Part shown: positions 32,449 through 42,784 of the stretch, in pieces
Layout: each line of letters starts with the position of its first letter
Numbering within the stretch: position 1 is the first letter of the stretch
NCBI GenBank assembly: GCA_023388515.1
Contig: JAEWGD010000005.1
Span: 26,259 to 90,258 of the forward strand
Direction: 5' to 3'
Origin: Bacillota bacterium
GTDB lineage: Bacteria; Bacillota; Clostridia; Oscillospirales; Ruminococcaceae
Length of the DNA: 64,000 nt
Position numbers and translations under genes: made by a program
Notes under the pieces: model-generated
Told to the model about the DNA's origin: nothing
The model's database searches: none
Seen by the model: only the letters and a program-made list of their open reading frames with translations

Positions 32449-33069
32449 TTATTTACCACGCTTTGAAGAACCCTTGCGTTTGCTATCAATATTCCTCTTT
32501 AGCTCACCCATTTTTTCTTCGCTATTCTGTTTAAATTTACTTAGCTTATCTTCAAATGTCATTTCAGTTATAGGAACTTGTTTCTTAGGCTCCCAAACAT
32601 TTTGACGAGGACGCCTATTTCCACCACCGCTAGAGCCACTACCACCGCCAGAACTACCGCCATGATAGTTGCTGTTTCCACCGCCAGAATTGCCCCCACC
32701 ACGATAGTTGCTGTTTCCACCGCCAGAATTGCCCCCGCCACGATAGTTACTGTTTCCACCGCTAGAGTTATTCCCACCACGATAGTTGCTGTTTCCACCA
32801 GAGCTATTGTTTTCAGCACTGCCCTCAGTATCTGGGTCAACTGCCTTTTTAATAGACAAGCTAATTTTGCCCGCCTCATTAACGCCAATAATTTTAACCT
32901 TTACAGGTTGGTTTTCTGACAAATGGTCTTTAATGTCATTAACATACGAGTTATGAATCTCCGAGATATGAACCATGCCTGTTGTGCTCTGGTCAAGTTC
33001 AACAAATGCCCCGTACGTTGTAATTCCTTTAACTATTCCATCATAGATTTTTCCCACTTCAAATTGCAT
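32449..33069 (-). CDS. yabR: S1 RNA-binding domain protein YabR-like with Gly/Asn-rich repeat tail
   Basis: N-terminal S1 domain (GIVKGITTYGAFVEL...GMVHISEI). Tandem GGNSNYRGG repeats encoded 32630-32800. Last gene of the yabP-yabQ-divIC-yabR order. Confidence 0.7.
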   Translation of the reverse strand: MQFEVGKIYDGIVKGITTYGAFVELDQSTTGMVHISEIHNSYVNDIKDHLSENQPVKVKIIGVNEAGKISLSIKKAVDPDTEGSAENNSSGGNSNYRGGNNSSGGNSNYRGGGNSGGGNSNYRGGGNSGGGNSNYHGGSSGGGSGSSGGGNRRPRQNVWEPKKQVPITEMTFEDKLSKFKQNSEEKMGELKRNIDSKRKGSSKRGK

Positions 33070-33092
33070 AAAGTAAAAATATTCCTCCTAAA

Positions 33093-33434
33093 TTAATTTC
33101 TTGATATATCATAAAATCTGCGTTCTTTGGGTATGCCATAATTAAATTCTGGATTTTCCGTTGCATATTTCTCCATATAAGTATTTATGTCATCATTATC
33201 AATTATCCTCTGATATTCGATATTTTCCGCCTCAAGTTCCTCAGTTTTCTGTTCAATTAATTGTAACTCTTTTTTCTTTTCTGATATTGTAGATTGACTT
33301 GACACAATAGACACAACACAAAAAACAAGAACAACAATAGCAGCCCCTGTGCTTATAACAGGGAACAAGCCTTTTTTCTTTTTGTTCTTAGAACTTACAA
33401 CTTTATTCTTCAACTGGCTCACTTTCCTTCGCAT
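33093..33434 (-). CDS. divIC: septum formation initiator DivIC/FtsB-like
   Basis: N-terminal TM helix then a coiled coil (KKELQLIEQKTEELEAENIEYQRII), in synteny. Confidence 0.6.
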   Translation of the reverse strand: MRRKVSQLKNKVVSSKNKKKKGLFPVISTGAAIVVLVFCVVSIVSSQSTISEKKKELQLIEQKTEELEAENIEYQRIIDNDDINTYMEKYATENPEFNYGIPKERRFYDISRN

Positions 33435-33509
33435 TTTTTATATTCATATCACTCATTATACAACATATAATAAAATCTAGCAAGCCTATTTTTGTTTTTT
33501 CACAAAAAA

Positions 33510-33935
33510 TTAATCTTTTTTGAGTTTTCCCACAAATTCTGTCTTACTTTTTTCACATATAAGTGAGATTAGCTTTGCGAGAGGAGAAAAAATCCTGTTA
33601 AGTATTTTATGTATGAACAAGGTTATTTTCCTTATTATCCCTACAACAGTGTTTCCAACAGTGAAAAAGTAAACTGTAAACCCTAATAAATTGCCAACGA
33701 CATAGAAAACTCTGAACTCACCCCTTGAGGCAACGATTGAAAAGCACATCACAAATGACGCATATACGAACATAAACAGCACATCTTCTATTGCAACCAT
33801 TATTTTATTGTGGGGAATTACTGCTCTTATTACACGAAATATGTCGAAAAATATACCGATTGGAATTCCTAAAAGGCATGACAGTAAGAAAAGTTGCGTC
33901 TGTTCCGTTGCTGTGAAAAAAGTTTCAAGATCCAT
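33510..33935 (-). CDS. yabQ: spore cortex biosynthesis protein YabQ
   Basis: Small polytopic membrane protein between yabP and divIC. Confidence 0.55.
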   Translation of the reverse strand: MDLETFFTATEQTQLFLLSCLLGIPIGIFFDIFRVIRAVIPHNKIMVAIEDVLFMFVYASFVMCFSIVASRGEFRVFYVVGNLLGFTVYFFTVGNTVVGIIRKITLFIHKILNRIFSPLAKLISLICEKSKTEFVGKLKKD

Positions 33936-33953
33936 ATTTCCTCCTGCACCTTT

Positions 33954-34235
33954 CTATCTGAAAAGCTTTCCCAAAAATGAAACTGGGCCTTTTTTGTCTT
34001 TGTCACCGTAGGAAAGCGACCATATATCGCCCTCTATTGACATTTCACCGGTTTCAACACTCATAGAGTTGACATGAAGATTTCTGCCCTGTATTACAAG
34101 TTCGCCCATTTGCGTGTAGAGTAGAATTGTTTTGTCGTCAAAGTTGTCAACGTCGGTGACTCCAGAAATTGAGAGGGATTTCCTGTTTTCCATTATTACG
34201 TTATGTAGTACTCGTGCGATTTTTTCTTCTGCCAT
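33954..34235 (-). CDS. yabP: sporulation protein YabP
   Basis: YabP-like sequence (LSISGVTDVDNFDDKTILLYT...LVIQG.NLHV). Start MAEEK with RBS aaggag 8 nt upstream. Confidence 0.7.
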   Translation of the reverse strand: MAEEKIARVLHNVIMENRKSLSISGVTDVDNFDDKTILLYTQMGELVIQGRNLHVNSMSVETGEMSIEGDIWSLSYGDKDKKGPVSFLGKLFR

Positions 34236-34295
34236 AATTATTTCTCCTTTTTTATTTATTATATGCAACGGATGGGAAAAAAGAACAAGCTAAAG

Positions 34296-34650
34296 GGGTT
34301 TGCTCATTCGCCGCATGGCTTTTTTGCTCTCGCTTTGTTTTTGTTTGCCTTTTACCACAGAACTTTAGTTTGCATTGTTTATTTTAGTGAAGTATGGTTC
34401 TTGTTTTCTTTGTTGTCATTTATTCTACTTTCCGTATTGTTAAATTTAATTGTGGGTGTTCATTTCTTTGTGCGTACAAAGAAACGAACCAAAGAAAAAC
34501 GCAGCTCAACGCCGCTGAGGCTTGGCACGCTCAACCAAAATCAAAGAAGTTCACTTTGATTTTGGTTCGCTACCTTGATTAGTTGCTTTCCCGTCGCATT
34601 TACTATGCTTAGGAGGTGATTTCCATGTGCGACGGAAAAGCGGTTTAGGA
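34296..34650 (+). repeat. dispersed repeat family, copy B (arm-hairpin-tail form)
   Basis: Shares with the other copies gctcattcgccgcatggct...ttagtgaagtatggttcttgttttctttgttgtcatt...gtgggtgttcatttctttgtgcgtacaaagaaacgaacc...cgcagctcaacgccgctgaggcttggcacgctcaacc and a terminal hairpin cccgtcgca...tgcgacgg. Confidence 0.6.
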
Positions 34651-34977
34651 TTGTTCTGGCATAAATATATCAGTAAATTAAATTTGAGAAAAAGCAAGAA
34701 CTGTCAAGGCAATACCTCTATAATCAAAATTAAACTTAACTCAAAACTTAAAACATTGGTAGCAGTAAAGTAAGCAATGTACCACTAAATAATAAGATCT
34801 TCACCTGTAAATGGCTTAAGAAAGATGTATGTTTCTACACATCATACTAATCAAGCTTTACTTCTGCTAAACATTTTGAATAATTTCAAGAATTATAAAA
34901 AAAGATTGCGTAGTATAAAAACCACGCAATCTCTATATAAAACTTTTTTTTGCATACCCTAAAAGTAAGAATTATCC

Positions 34978-36765
34978 TTACTTACTAAGTCTTGCCTCAA
35001 GCTTAACTAACTCATCATTAAGAGCCTTAGGTAGCTTATCTCCGAACTTGCCGTAGAATTCCTTAATGCCATCAACTTCTTCTTTCCAAAGGTCAATATC
35101 AACATTAAGCAAATCAGTAACAACATCAAGAGTAATATCGTCAAGCCCCTCAATATTAATATCTTCAGGCTTTGGCTCATAACCGATAGCTGTTTCAACA
35201 GCCTCAGCCTTGCCATCGCAACGGTCGATAATCCAATCAAGAACTCTCATATTATCGCCAAATCCAGGCCAAATGAAATGTCCCTCATCATCAGTTCTAA
35301 ACCAGTTTACATTGAAAATCTTAGGAGCGTTTTCGCCAAGCTTTTCGCCCATTTCTAGCCAGTGTCCAAAATAGTCGCCCATATTATATCCACAGAATGG
35401 TAGCATAGCCATTGGGTCACGACGAACAACACCAACAGCACCAATAGCAGCAGCAGTTGTTTCAGACGCCATTGTTGAGCCCACAAAAGTACCATGTGTC
35501 CAATCGAATGACTCGTATACAAGAGGAGCAGTTTTAGCTCTGCGTCCACCAAAGATAATAGCTGAAATTGGAACACCCTTAGGATTATTAAATTCAGAAC
35601 TTATGCATGGGCAGTTTTCAGCAGGAGCTGTAAACCTTGAGTTTGGATGTGAAAGCTTATTACCCTCAGCAGTAAATTCCTTACCATTAACCTTATTTCC
35701 CAACCAATCTGTTGCGTTTTCAGGTGGATTCTTATCCAATCCTTCCCACCAAACAGTCAAGTCATCATTATTCAAACCAACGTTTGTGAAGATTGTATCT
35801 TTCATAGTTGATTCAAGTGCATTAAAGTTAGATTTTACATTTGTACCAGGAGCAACACCAAAGAAACCATTTTCAGGGTTAATTGCCCACAAACGTCCGT
35901 CCTCGCCTTGCTTTAGCCAAGCAATATCATCGCCAACTGTCCAAACCTTATAGCCCTTGCTTGTATATCCCTCTGGTGGAATCAGCATAGCCAAGTTTGT
36001 CTTACCACAAGCAGATGGGAACGCAGCAGAAATATATTTTACCTCGCCATTTGGCTTTTCCAAACCTAGAATAAGCATATGTTCAGCCATCCAGCCTTCA
36101 TTCTTACCTTGATATGAAGCAATTCTCAATGCAAAGCACTTCTTACCCAAAAGAACGTTTCCGCCATATCCAGAGTTAATTGACCAGATTGTATTATCCT
36201 CTGGGAAGTGAACAATATATCTGTTTTCTGGGTCAATTTGAGCCTTAGCGTGTAATCCACGAACGAAGTCGTCAGAAGTATCGCCAAGATTATCAAATGC
36301 AGCCTGCCCCATTCTTGTCATTATGTTCATGTTCAAAACAACATAGATAGAGTCAGTAACTTCAACGCCTACCTTAGCCAAAGGAGAACCAATAGGTCCC
36401 ATTGAATAAGGAATAACGTACATAGTTCTGCCCTTCATAACTCCATCGTACATAGGAGTTAATTTTGCATACATTTCCTTAGGGTCGCTCCAGTTGTTTG
36501 TAGGGCCTGCATCTTCTTTATTAGTTGTGCATATAAAAGTTCTATCCTCAACTCTTGCTACGTCAGAAGGGTCTGTTCTGTGGTACAAGCAACCAGGAAG
36601 TTTTTCTTGATTAAGCTCCATTACCTCACCATTTGAACAAGCCTCATTCTTTAGCTTTTCAAGCTGTTCCTTGCTTCCATCAATCCATACAACGCTGTCA
36701 GGCTTTGTAAGTGCAACCATTTCGTCAACCCATTTTAAAACATTCGGATTCTTAGTTAATGCCAT
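34978..36765 (-). CDS. pckG: phosphoenolpyruvate carboxykinase (GTP)
   Basis: 595 aa GTP-dependent PEPCK with the kinase-1a P-loop AAFPSACGKTN. Confidence 0.85.
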   Translation of the reverse strand: MALTKNPNVLKWVDEMVALTKPDSVVWIDGSKEQLEKLKNEACSNGEVMELNQEKLPGCLYHRTDPSDVARVEDRTFICTTNKEDAGPTNNWSDPKEMYAKLTPMYDGVMKGRTMYVIPYSMGPIGSPLAKVGVEVTDSIYVVLNMNIMTRMGQAAFDNLGDTSDDFVRGLHAKAQIDPENRYIVHFPEDNTIWSINSGYGGNVLLGKKCFALRIASYQGKNEGWMAEHMLILGLEKPNGEVKYISAAFPSACGKTNLAMLIPPEGYTSKGYKVWTVGDDIAWLKQGEDGRLWAINPENGFFGVAPGTNVKSNFNALESTMKDTIFTNVGLNNDDLTVWWEGLDKNPPENATDWLGNKVNGKEFTAEGNKLSHPNSRFTAPAENCPCISSEFNNPKGVPISAIIFGGRRAKTAPLVYESFDWTHGTFVGSTMASETTAAAIGAVGVVRRDPMAMLPFCGYNMGDYFGHWLEMGEKLGENAPKIFNVNWFRTDDEGHFIWPGFGDNMRVLDWIIDRCDGKAEAVETAIGYEPKPEDINIEGLDDITLDVVTDLLNVDIDLWKEEVDGIKEFYGKFGDKLPKALNDELVKLEARLSK

Positions 36766-37006
36766 TTTTTAAATTCCTCCTTAAAATATGCACAATTCAT
36801 TTCAAGCTTTTTGAACAAATCATACAAAGATATTGGGAAAAACAAATTTCCCTTAATACTATTCTAAACTTTTTCTGTCAATATGTCAATACTACTTCAA
36901 AATTTGTAATAACTATATTCGCATTAGTCTTAGGCTTTTATTACATATGCAAATTATTTTACAACTAAAACATCAACGCTTTAAGCATTCTCTAAATGTC
37001 AAATTA

Positions 37007-38020
37007 TCATGATAAATTCCCAATTGACAGAGTAGCAACAGCGTTCAAGCTTTCATCTGCACGATTGCCATCTAAAAACTCAAAATACCCCTGACAAGCA
37101 ATCATCGCCCCATTATCGCCACAAAGGCTTAAAGGTGGCATATAAAGGTTAAACCCCTCAACCTCACAAGCCTTTGCGAAAGTTTTTCTAACTCCAGTAT
37201 TCGCAGAAACCCCACCAGCAAGAGCAATGGTTTTATAGCCAAGCTTTTTTGCAACGCCGATAGTTTTTTCTGTAAGTATTTCAGAAATAGTTTCTTGCAG
37301 ACTTGCTGAAAGGTTTTCTCTGTTAATAGTATGCCCCTTTTGCTCCGAGTTGTGTATCAGATTTATTACAGCAGTTTTAAGCCCCGAAAAACTAAAGTCA
37401 AACTCACAACCCTCAACCTTAGGATGTGGTAGCTTATATTCACTAGTATCCCCATTTTGAGCCGCTTTATCAATGTGAACACCTCCAGGATACGGAAACC
37501 CCATCGCCCTCGCCGCCTTATCAAAGCACTCCCCAGCAGCATCGTCCCTAGTTCTACCATGTACCCTAAATTCAGTATATGACACGACTTCTACTATATG
37601 GCTATGCCCTCCACTCGCAACAAGGCATAAGTACGGTGGCTTTAATTCTGGATGTGCAATATAATTTGATGCAATATGTCCAGCAATATGATGTACTGCT
37701 ACAAGTGGCTTTCCCGTCGCAAGCGATAACCCCTTCGCAAAGTTAACACCCACAAGTAACGCTCCTATCAGTCCAGGTGCATATGTTACAGCAATTACAT
37801 CTATTTCATCTAAAGTAGTCCCAGCCTGTTCTATCGCCTGTTCCACAACACCAAGTATATTCTCGCAATGTCGCCTAGACGCAAGCTCAGGTACTACCCC
37901 CCCAAATTTTTTATGCTCTTCTATCTGCGATGACACAACGTTAGAAAGTACCTTTACACCGTCCCACACAACACTCGCCGCCGTTTCATCACACGAACTC
38001 TCTATTCCTAATACTAACAT
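37007..38020 (-). CDS. tsaD: tRNA N6-adenosine threonylcarbamoyltransferase
   Basis: N-terminal LGIESSCDETAASVV and His motif HHIAGH. Adjacent to rimI. Confidence 0.9.
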   Translation of the reverse strand: MLVLGIESSCDETAASVVWDGVKVLSNVVSSQIEEHKKFGGVVPELASRRHCENILGVVEQAIEQAGTTLDEIDVIAVTYAPGLIGALLVGVNFAKGLSLATGKPLVAVHHIAGHIASNYIAHPELKPPYLCLVASGGHSHIVEVVSYTEFRVHGRTRDDAAGECFDKAARAMGFPYPGGVHIDKAAQNGDTSEYKLPHPKVEGCEFDFSFSGLKTAVINLIHNSEQKGHTINRENLSASLQETISEILTEKTIGVAKKLGYKTIALAGGVSANTGVRKTFAKACEVEGFNLYMPPLSLCGDNGAMIACQGYFEFLDGNRADESLNAVATLSIGNLS

Positions 38021-38039
38021 GGTCTACATCTCCTTAAGT

Positions 38040-38150
38040 TAAGCCTGTCGGCTTATTAGGCTGCCGCCTACCCACGAAGCCTGTCAGCTTATGAGGCTGC
38101 CGCCTACCCACGAAGCCTGTCGGCTTATGAGGCTGCCGCCTCAAACTCCG
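38040..38150. repeat. three tandem ~36-bp repeats, each a GC-rich hairpin
   Basis: The unit aagcctgtcggcttatgaggctgccgcctacccacg appears three times, one of them a variant. Each contains the self-complementary aagcc-tgtc-ggctt. It lies between tsaD and rimI. Confidence 0.6.
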
Positions 38151-38191
38151 CCAAGCTTTTTGAAAAAAGCTTGAGCAAAAACTTTTATATT

Positions 38192-38698
38192 TTATATTTT
38201 ATATTTTTCTTTTTCTTTTTCTTTATAATCAAATAACTTTGTCATCAGCATTGCGTTTTCTGTCGGATTATGATAATAATTTTTTCGTAACCCTACCTTT
38301 TGATACCCCAACGAACAATACAACCCAATAGCTGACTCATTCCCCTCACGAACTTCTAGCGTTATAAAGCTTGCAAACGACTTAACCTCCTCCTCAACAC
38401 GATTAAGCAAAGCCCTTGCAACCCCTGACCTTCTATATTCAGGCAGTACAGCTATATTGTCAATGCACCCTTCATCAAGCACAAAGCTCGCAACAACATA
38501 ACCAACAATCCTACTTTCCACCATCATCACAAGCATTTTAGACTTAGGATTTTCAAGACTACTCGTGAACATTCCCTCAGTCCATGCGTCAGAGAAGCAT
38601 TTCTTCTCAATCTCCACAATGCTGTCTATATCGCAACTACTCGCAGAAAAAATTCCATCAACCCTTTGCATCATACCAACTCTTTCCTGTATTAACAT
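38192..38698 (-). CDS. rimI: ribosomal-protein-alanine N-acetyltransferase
   Basis: GNAT fold with the acetyl-CoA motif RRSGVARALL. Conserved neighbourhood with tsaD. Confidence 0.8.
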   Translation of the reverse strand: MLIQERVGMMQRVDGIFSASSCDIDSIVEIEKKCFSDAWTEGMFTSSLENPKSKMLVMMVESRIVGYVVASFVLDEGCIDNIAVLPEYRRSGVARALLNRVEEEVKSFASFITLEVREGNESAIGLYCSLGYQKVGLRKNYYHNPTENAMLMTKLFDYKEKEKEKYKI

Positions 38699-41192
38699 CT
38701 GTAATCAACGGTATAGAAAGCTCACAAGCATTCATCATTTCTTCACTTAACATCTCTCCAACTTGTTTTGCAGAGCTTTCGTCAGCCTCAATAATTAATT
38801 CGTCATGCACCTGTAAAATCAGCCTTGCATTGAGATTTTCCTCTTTTAATCGCCTATAAACCTTAACCATTGCAATTTTTATAATATCAGCAGCAGTGCC
38901 TTGTATCGGCGTATTCATGGCAATTCTTTTCCCTGCCCCCTGTACCATTTTATTCGTCGCAGAAAGCTCTGCTACATATCTTCTCCTACCGAAAAGCGTT
39001 GTCACATAGCCATTTTCTTTAGCTTGTTCAACAGTATCATTCATAAACCTTTCCACATTTTTATAATGGTGGAGGTAATCCTTGATATATTTATCAGCCT
39101 CAGCAACGGAAACGCCTATATCCTTTGAAAGCGAAAACGCACCTATACCATATATAATTCCAAAGTTTACAGCCTTTGCATAGCTTCTCATTGAAGATGT
39201 CACCATTTCAACTGGCATTTTAAACACTTGCGACGCTGTTGAGGTATGAATATCCAAGCCACTTAAAAACGCCTCTTTCATATGCTCATCATCACAAAGA
39301 TGTGCAAGAATTCGGAGTTCAATCTGGCTATAATCGGCGTCTATCAGTTCTTTTCCGTCATCAGCAACAAAAAACTTTCTCATATTTCTGCCAAGCTCCG
39401 TACGAACAGGAATATTCTGCATATTGGGTTCAGTGGAGGAAATTCTGCCAGTTCTTGTTTCCGTCTGCTTAAAATTAGTATGAATTCGCCTATCTTTGCC
39501 AACGGTTTTGAGCAAGCCCTCAACATAGGTTGAATTAAGTTTAAAAAGCTGTCTATACTGCAAAATAAGCTCAATAATAGGGTGATGCGACCTCAACCCC
39601 TCCAACACCTCTGCATTGGTAGAATAGCCACTTTTAGTCTTTTTCTTCGCTGGCAATCCCAATTCATTGAACAAAATTTCGCCCAATTGCTTAGGTGATG
39701 AAATATTAAATTCATGCCCAGCAAATTCGTATATTTTCGACTGAATTGACTTTAAATCGCTTGTAAGCGTATCCCCGAACGCACGAACACCCTCTACATC
39801 GACCTTAATTCCATGATATTCCATTGAAGCAAGTACCTCTGTAAGTGGCAATTCTATGTCGTTCAGCAAACCCTCCATGCCTGTATTTTTAATCTCTGCC
39901 TCAAGCGTTTCACACAGCTTTTTAAGGCTTACAATATCAGCATTTTCGCCCAAATCTGAATAATAATCGACAGAATATTCACCACAAAGCATTTTTATTG
40001 AGTATTCGGTTGATGACGCATTAAGCAAATAGCCAGCAATTTCAGCATCAAAGCTTATATTTTTCAGCTCAAAATCATTTTCAAAGCAAAATCTATAATC
40101 AGGTTTAGCACCAAATGTAACCTTTTTAACATAACTTTGCAGAAAATCCAAAGCGTAATTTTTATCATTTGTTACATATATTTCATTCTCTAAAATTACT
40201 TTCAAGCAATCATTTTCATACAGATAATAAACAGGCTCGGAAAGCTGAACAATCTCTATAAGCTTATCCTCACTCATTTCAAACACCACAATTTCTGGTG
40301 TTTCCTGTTTCACAACAGGCTGTGAAACCTCGACAGCATCAAGCTTTAGCCTTTCCAAAAGCTTAAACATTTCCAGTTCACTCAAAAGCATTTGTGTTTC
40401 ATCAACATTAACAGGCTGTGGTTTATAAAGCTCAATATCCGTTTCAATCGGCACATCAAGCTTAATCGTAGCAAGCCACTTGCTTTCCTTAGCAGATTCA
40501 CGTCCAGCCTCAAGCTTGGCAATAACTGCCTTTGTAGCGTCTATTTTATCAAGATTATCATATATATTTTCAATTGTTCCCCATTCACAAACAAGCTTTG
40601 TCGCTGTTTTCTCGCCAACACCAGCAACGCCCTTGATATTGTCGGAGCTATCGCCCATAAGTGCCTTTAAATCAATCAGCAAAATAGGCTTAAAGCCATA
40701 ATCAGCAAGAAACCTTTCCTCATCATACCATATATTTTCTTTTGTAGTAGCAAGCCTAACCTTAACGCAATCATTAATCAACTGCAAGCTATCCCTATCG
40801 CCCGTGAGGACAATACATTCATGCCCTTTACTGCAACAGGAATATGAAAGCGTTCCAAGAATATCATCAGCCTCATAGCCTTCCATTTCAACAATTTTGA
40901 TACCTAAATTCGTCAGCAACTCCTTAATAAGTGGCATTTGCTGTGCTAGCTCGGCAGGCATACCTTTTCTAGTAGCCTTGTAGCTTTCAACTGCCTTATG
41001 CCTAAAAGTAGGCGAACGCAAATCAAAGGCAACAGCAACGCAATCAGGTTTTACGTCCTCCAATGCCTTTAGATATATATTCATAAACCCTAGAATAGCA
41101 TTAGTAAACACGCCTTTTTTGTTGCTCAAAGCCTTAATCCCATAAAAAGCACGATTTAATATGCTGTTTCCATCAATAGCAAGCAATCTCAT
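38658..41192 (-). CDS. polA: DNA polymerase I
   Basis: 844 aa. 5'-3' exonuclease N-terminus (LLAIDGNSILNRAFY) and polymerase motifs RRxAKxxNFGxxYG and QVHDELI. Confidence 0.9.
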   Translation of the reverse strand: MRLLAIDGNSILNRAFYGIKALSNKKGVFTNAILGFMNIYLKALEDVKPDCVAVAFDLRSPTFRHKAVESYKATRKGMPAELAQQMPLIKELLTNLGIKIVEMEGYEADDILGTLSYSCCSKGHECIVLTGDRDSLQLINDCVKVRLATTKENIWYDEERFLADYGFKPILLIDLKALMGDSSDNIKGVAGVGEKTATKLVCEWGTIENIYDNLDKIDATKAVIAKLEAGRESAKESKWLATIKLDVPIETDIELYKPQPVNVDETQMLLSELEMFKLLERLKLDAVEVSQPVVKQETPEIVVFEMSEDKLIEIVQLSEPVYYLYENDCLKVILENEIYVTNDKNYALDFLQSYVKKVTFGAKPDYRFCFENDFELKNISFDAEIAGYLLNASSTEYSIKMLCGEYSVDYYSDLGENADIVSLKKLCETLEAEIKNTGMEGLLNDIELPLTEVLASMEYHGIKVDVEGVRAFGDTLTSDLKSIQSKIYEFAGHEFNISSPKQLGEILFNELGLPAKKKTKSGYSTNAEVLEGLRSHHPIIELILQYRQLFKLNSTYVEGLLKTVGKDRRIHTNFKQTETRTGRISSTEPNMQNIPVRTELGRNMRKFFVADDGKELIDADYSQIELRILAHLCDDEHMKEAFLSGLDIHTSTASQVFKMPVEMVTSSMRSYAKAVNFGIIYGIGAFSLSKDIGVSVAEADKYIKDYLHHYKNVERFMNDTVEQAKENGYVTTLFGRRRYVAELSATNKMVQGAGKRIAMNTPIQGTAADIIKIAMVKVYRRLKEENLNARLILQVHDELIIEADESSAKQVGEMLSEEMMNACELSIPLITDVNTGKSWYDAKG

Positions 41193-41428
41193 ATTTTTCC
41201 TCCCATAAATTGTATCTGCAATGAATTTATAATGGGGTATTGCCCCAATATATCCCTAGAGTGAATAACTCCCCATAAAATCCTCATTACTAAGCTCTTT
41301 ATTCTATTATAGCAAATTTTTTTTGAAAACACTATGATTTTTTAAATATTTATGATAAAATATAATATATCTCATTTGTAATGAGTATAATTATAAGATA
41401 AAACTATTATAGAAAAAGGGAAGGTTAT

Positions 41429-41803
41429 ATGGCAATACAAGATTTTAACAAAAACTCAGACAGTTTATGCTGGAAGTATGAAGGCAAGTTTGTGGAAACA
41501 CATTTTGACTCTATTAAAGATGCTCAATATTATAAAAATGAGGACGTCGTACTTGTTCTTAGTGGTGCAAGCCCATCACTACGCAAGCTTATCGGTGTTC
41601 ACCCTAATGGAGAAACCCTCTACATACTCGACCCTCCTGATGATTATTGCTTTTACTATTTATCATCAACTGATGAGGATGAGGAGGATGAGGAAGAAAT
41701 GGCTATCGCCTGCCTTGATACTGCAAATGCAAGGGGCTTTGAAGTTTTTTTTAAGGTGGAAAGCAGAACACACAGGCTTGTTAGGCAAAGTAGGAAAATC
41801 TAA
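41429..41803 (+). CDS. hypothetical acidic protein, translationally coupled to dusB
   Basis: 124 aa with an internal DEDEEDEEE tract. Its stop overlaps the dusB start (taATGg). Confidence 0.45.
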   Translation: MAIQDFNKNSDSLCWKYEGKFVETHFDSIKDAQYYKNEDVVLVLSGASPSLRKLIGVHPNGETLYILDPPDDYCFYYLSSTDEDEEDEEEMAIACLDTANARGFEVFFKVESRTHRLVRQSRKI

Positions 41804-42783
41804 TGGAATACTGCAATATCGGCAATGTTAAAATAGCCAAAACTGCCATGCTTGCACCAATGGCTTCCGTTGCAGACAGGGCTTACCGAATTCTGCACAA
41901 GGAATTCGGCTCTGCCTATGTCGTTAGTGAAATGATTTCTGCAAAGGGGCTTTGTTATAGCGACAGGAAAACTGCTGAATTATGTGAAATAACTGAAACG
42001 GAACGTCCTATGGCTTTACAGCTTTTTGGAAGTGAACCTGAATTTATGGCAAAAGCTGTTAAGATTTGCAATAAGTTTTCACCAGATATGATTGATATAA
42101 ACATGGGTTGCCCCGTGCCTAAGGTGGTTGGGACAGGCTCTGGCAGTGCGTTGATGAAGGATATTTCGCTTGCAAGGGAACTTGTTATTTCTGCCAGAAG
42201 TGAAACAGATGTTCCTATTACTGTTAAAATAAGAAAAGGTTGGAATGACGATACTGTTAACGCTGTTGAATTTGCGATTGAAATGGAAAAGGCTGGTGCT
42301 TCTGCTATCGCTGTTCATGGGCGAACTCGAAACCAAATGTATGCTGGGAATGCTGATTGGGACATCATTCGTGAGGTAAAGAAAAATGTATCCGTTCCTG
42401 TAATTGCAAACGGGGATGTTTGCTCGCTTAAGGATTGTATTCGTATGTATGAATATACTGGTTGCGACCTTGTCATGATAGGACGTGCTAGTTATGGCAA
42501 TCCTTGGATTTTCAAGGAAATTAAATGCCATTACGAAAACACCCATTTTACACCTCCTACCCTTGATGAAAGGCTTGAAACTATGCTTAGGCATATTCGG
42601 CTAATCCTTGAATTAAAGGGTGAAAGAATTGGTATTCAAGAGGCTAGAAAACACGCCGCATGGTATACCAAAGGGTTATATGGCTCGGCATTGTTTCGTG
42701 CAAAATGTTATAGCTTAACTTCCTACAATGACGCTGTTTCAGTAGCAGAAGAATTCAAACAGATACAAGAAAGCAGGCGGTAA
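41803..42783 (+). CDS. dusB: tRNA-dihydrouridine synthase
   Basis: TIM-barrel Dus family: [13 protein letters not shown], the catalytic Cys region MGCP, FMN-binding pattern. Confidence 0.85.
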   Translation: MEYCNIGNVKIAKTAMLAPMASVADRAYRILHKEFGSAYVVSEMISAKGLCYSDRKTAELCEITETERPMALQLFGSEPEFMAKAVKICNKFSPDMIDINMGCPVPKVVGTGSGSALMKDISLARELVISARSETDVPITVKIRKGWNDDTVNAVEFAIEMEKAGASAIAVHGRTRNQMYAGNADWDIIREVKKNVSVPVIANGDVCSLKDCIRMYEYTGCDLVMIGRASYGNPWIFKEIKCHYENTHFTPPTLDERLETMLRHIRLILELKGERIGIQEARKHAAWYTKGLYGSALFRAKCYSLTSYNDAVSVAEEFKQIQESRR

Positions 42784-42784
42784 A

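Noticed and set aside
32568-32919. ORFs 32568-32888 (-) and 32578-32919 (+) inside yabR
   Set aside because: They are frame artefacts of the GGNSNYRGG-encoding tandem repeat. yabR in the S1-domain frame is the real gene.
34263-34582. Track ORFs across the dispersed repeats (34263-34559, 34394-34582, 49375-49683, 49409-49597, 63709-63963) as ordinary protein genes
   Set aside because: Nucleotide-level conservation extends beyond and across the frames. The upstream portions are in different frames in different copies, there is no Shine-Dalgarno sequence, and the frame is lost in two copies. They are treated as a repeat element, with the conserved sub-ORF flagged only as a hypothesis.
38040-38150. 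Possible CRISPR array (GC-rich direct repeats)
   Set aside because: There are only three contiguous units and no unique spacers between them. No cas genes are nearby, and each unit is itself palindromic, so this is a tandem repeat and not a CRISPR.
41478-41831. ORF 41478-41831 overlapping the hypothetical 41429-41803
   Set aside because: It is an alternative frame of the same region with no RBS. The frame coupled to dusB is preferred.
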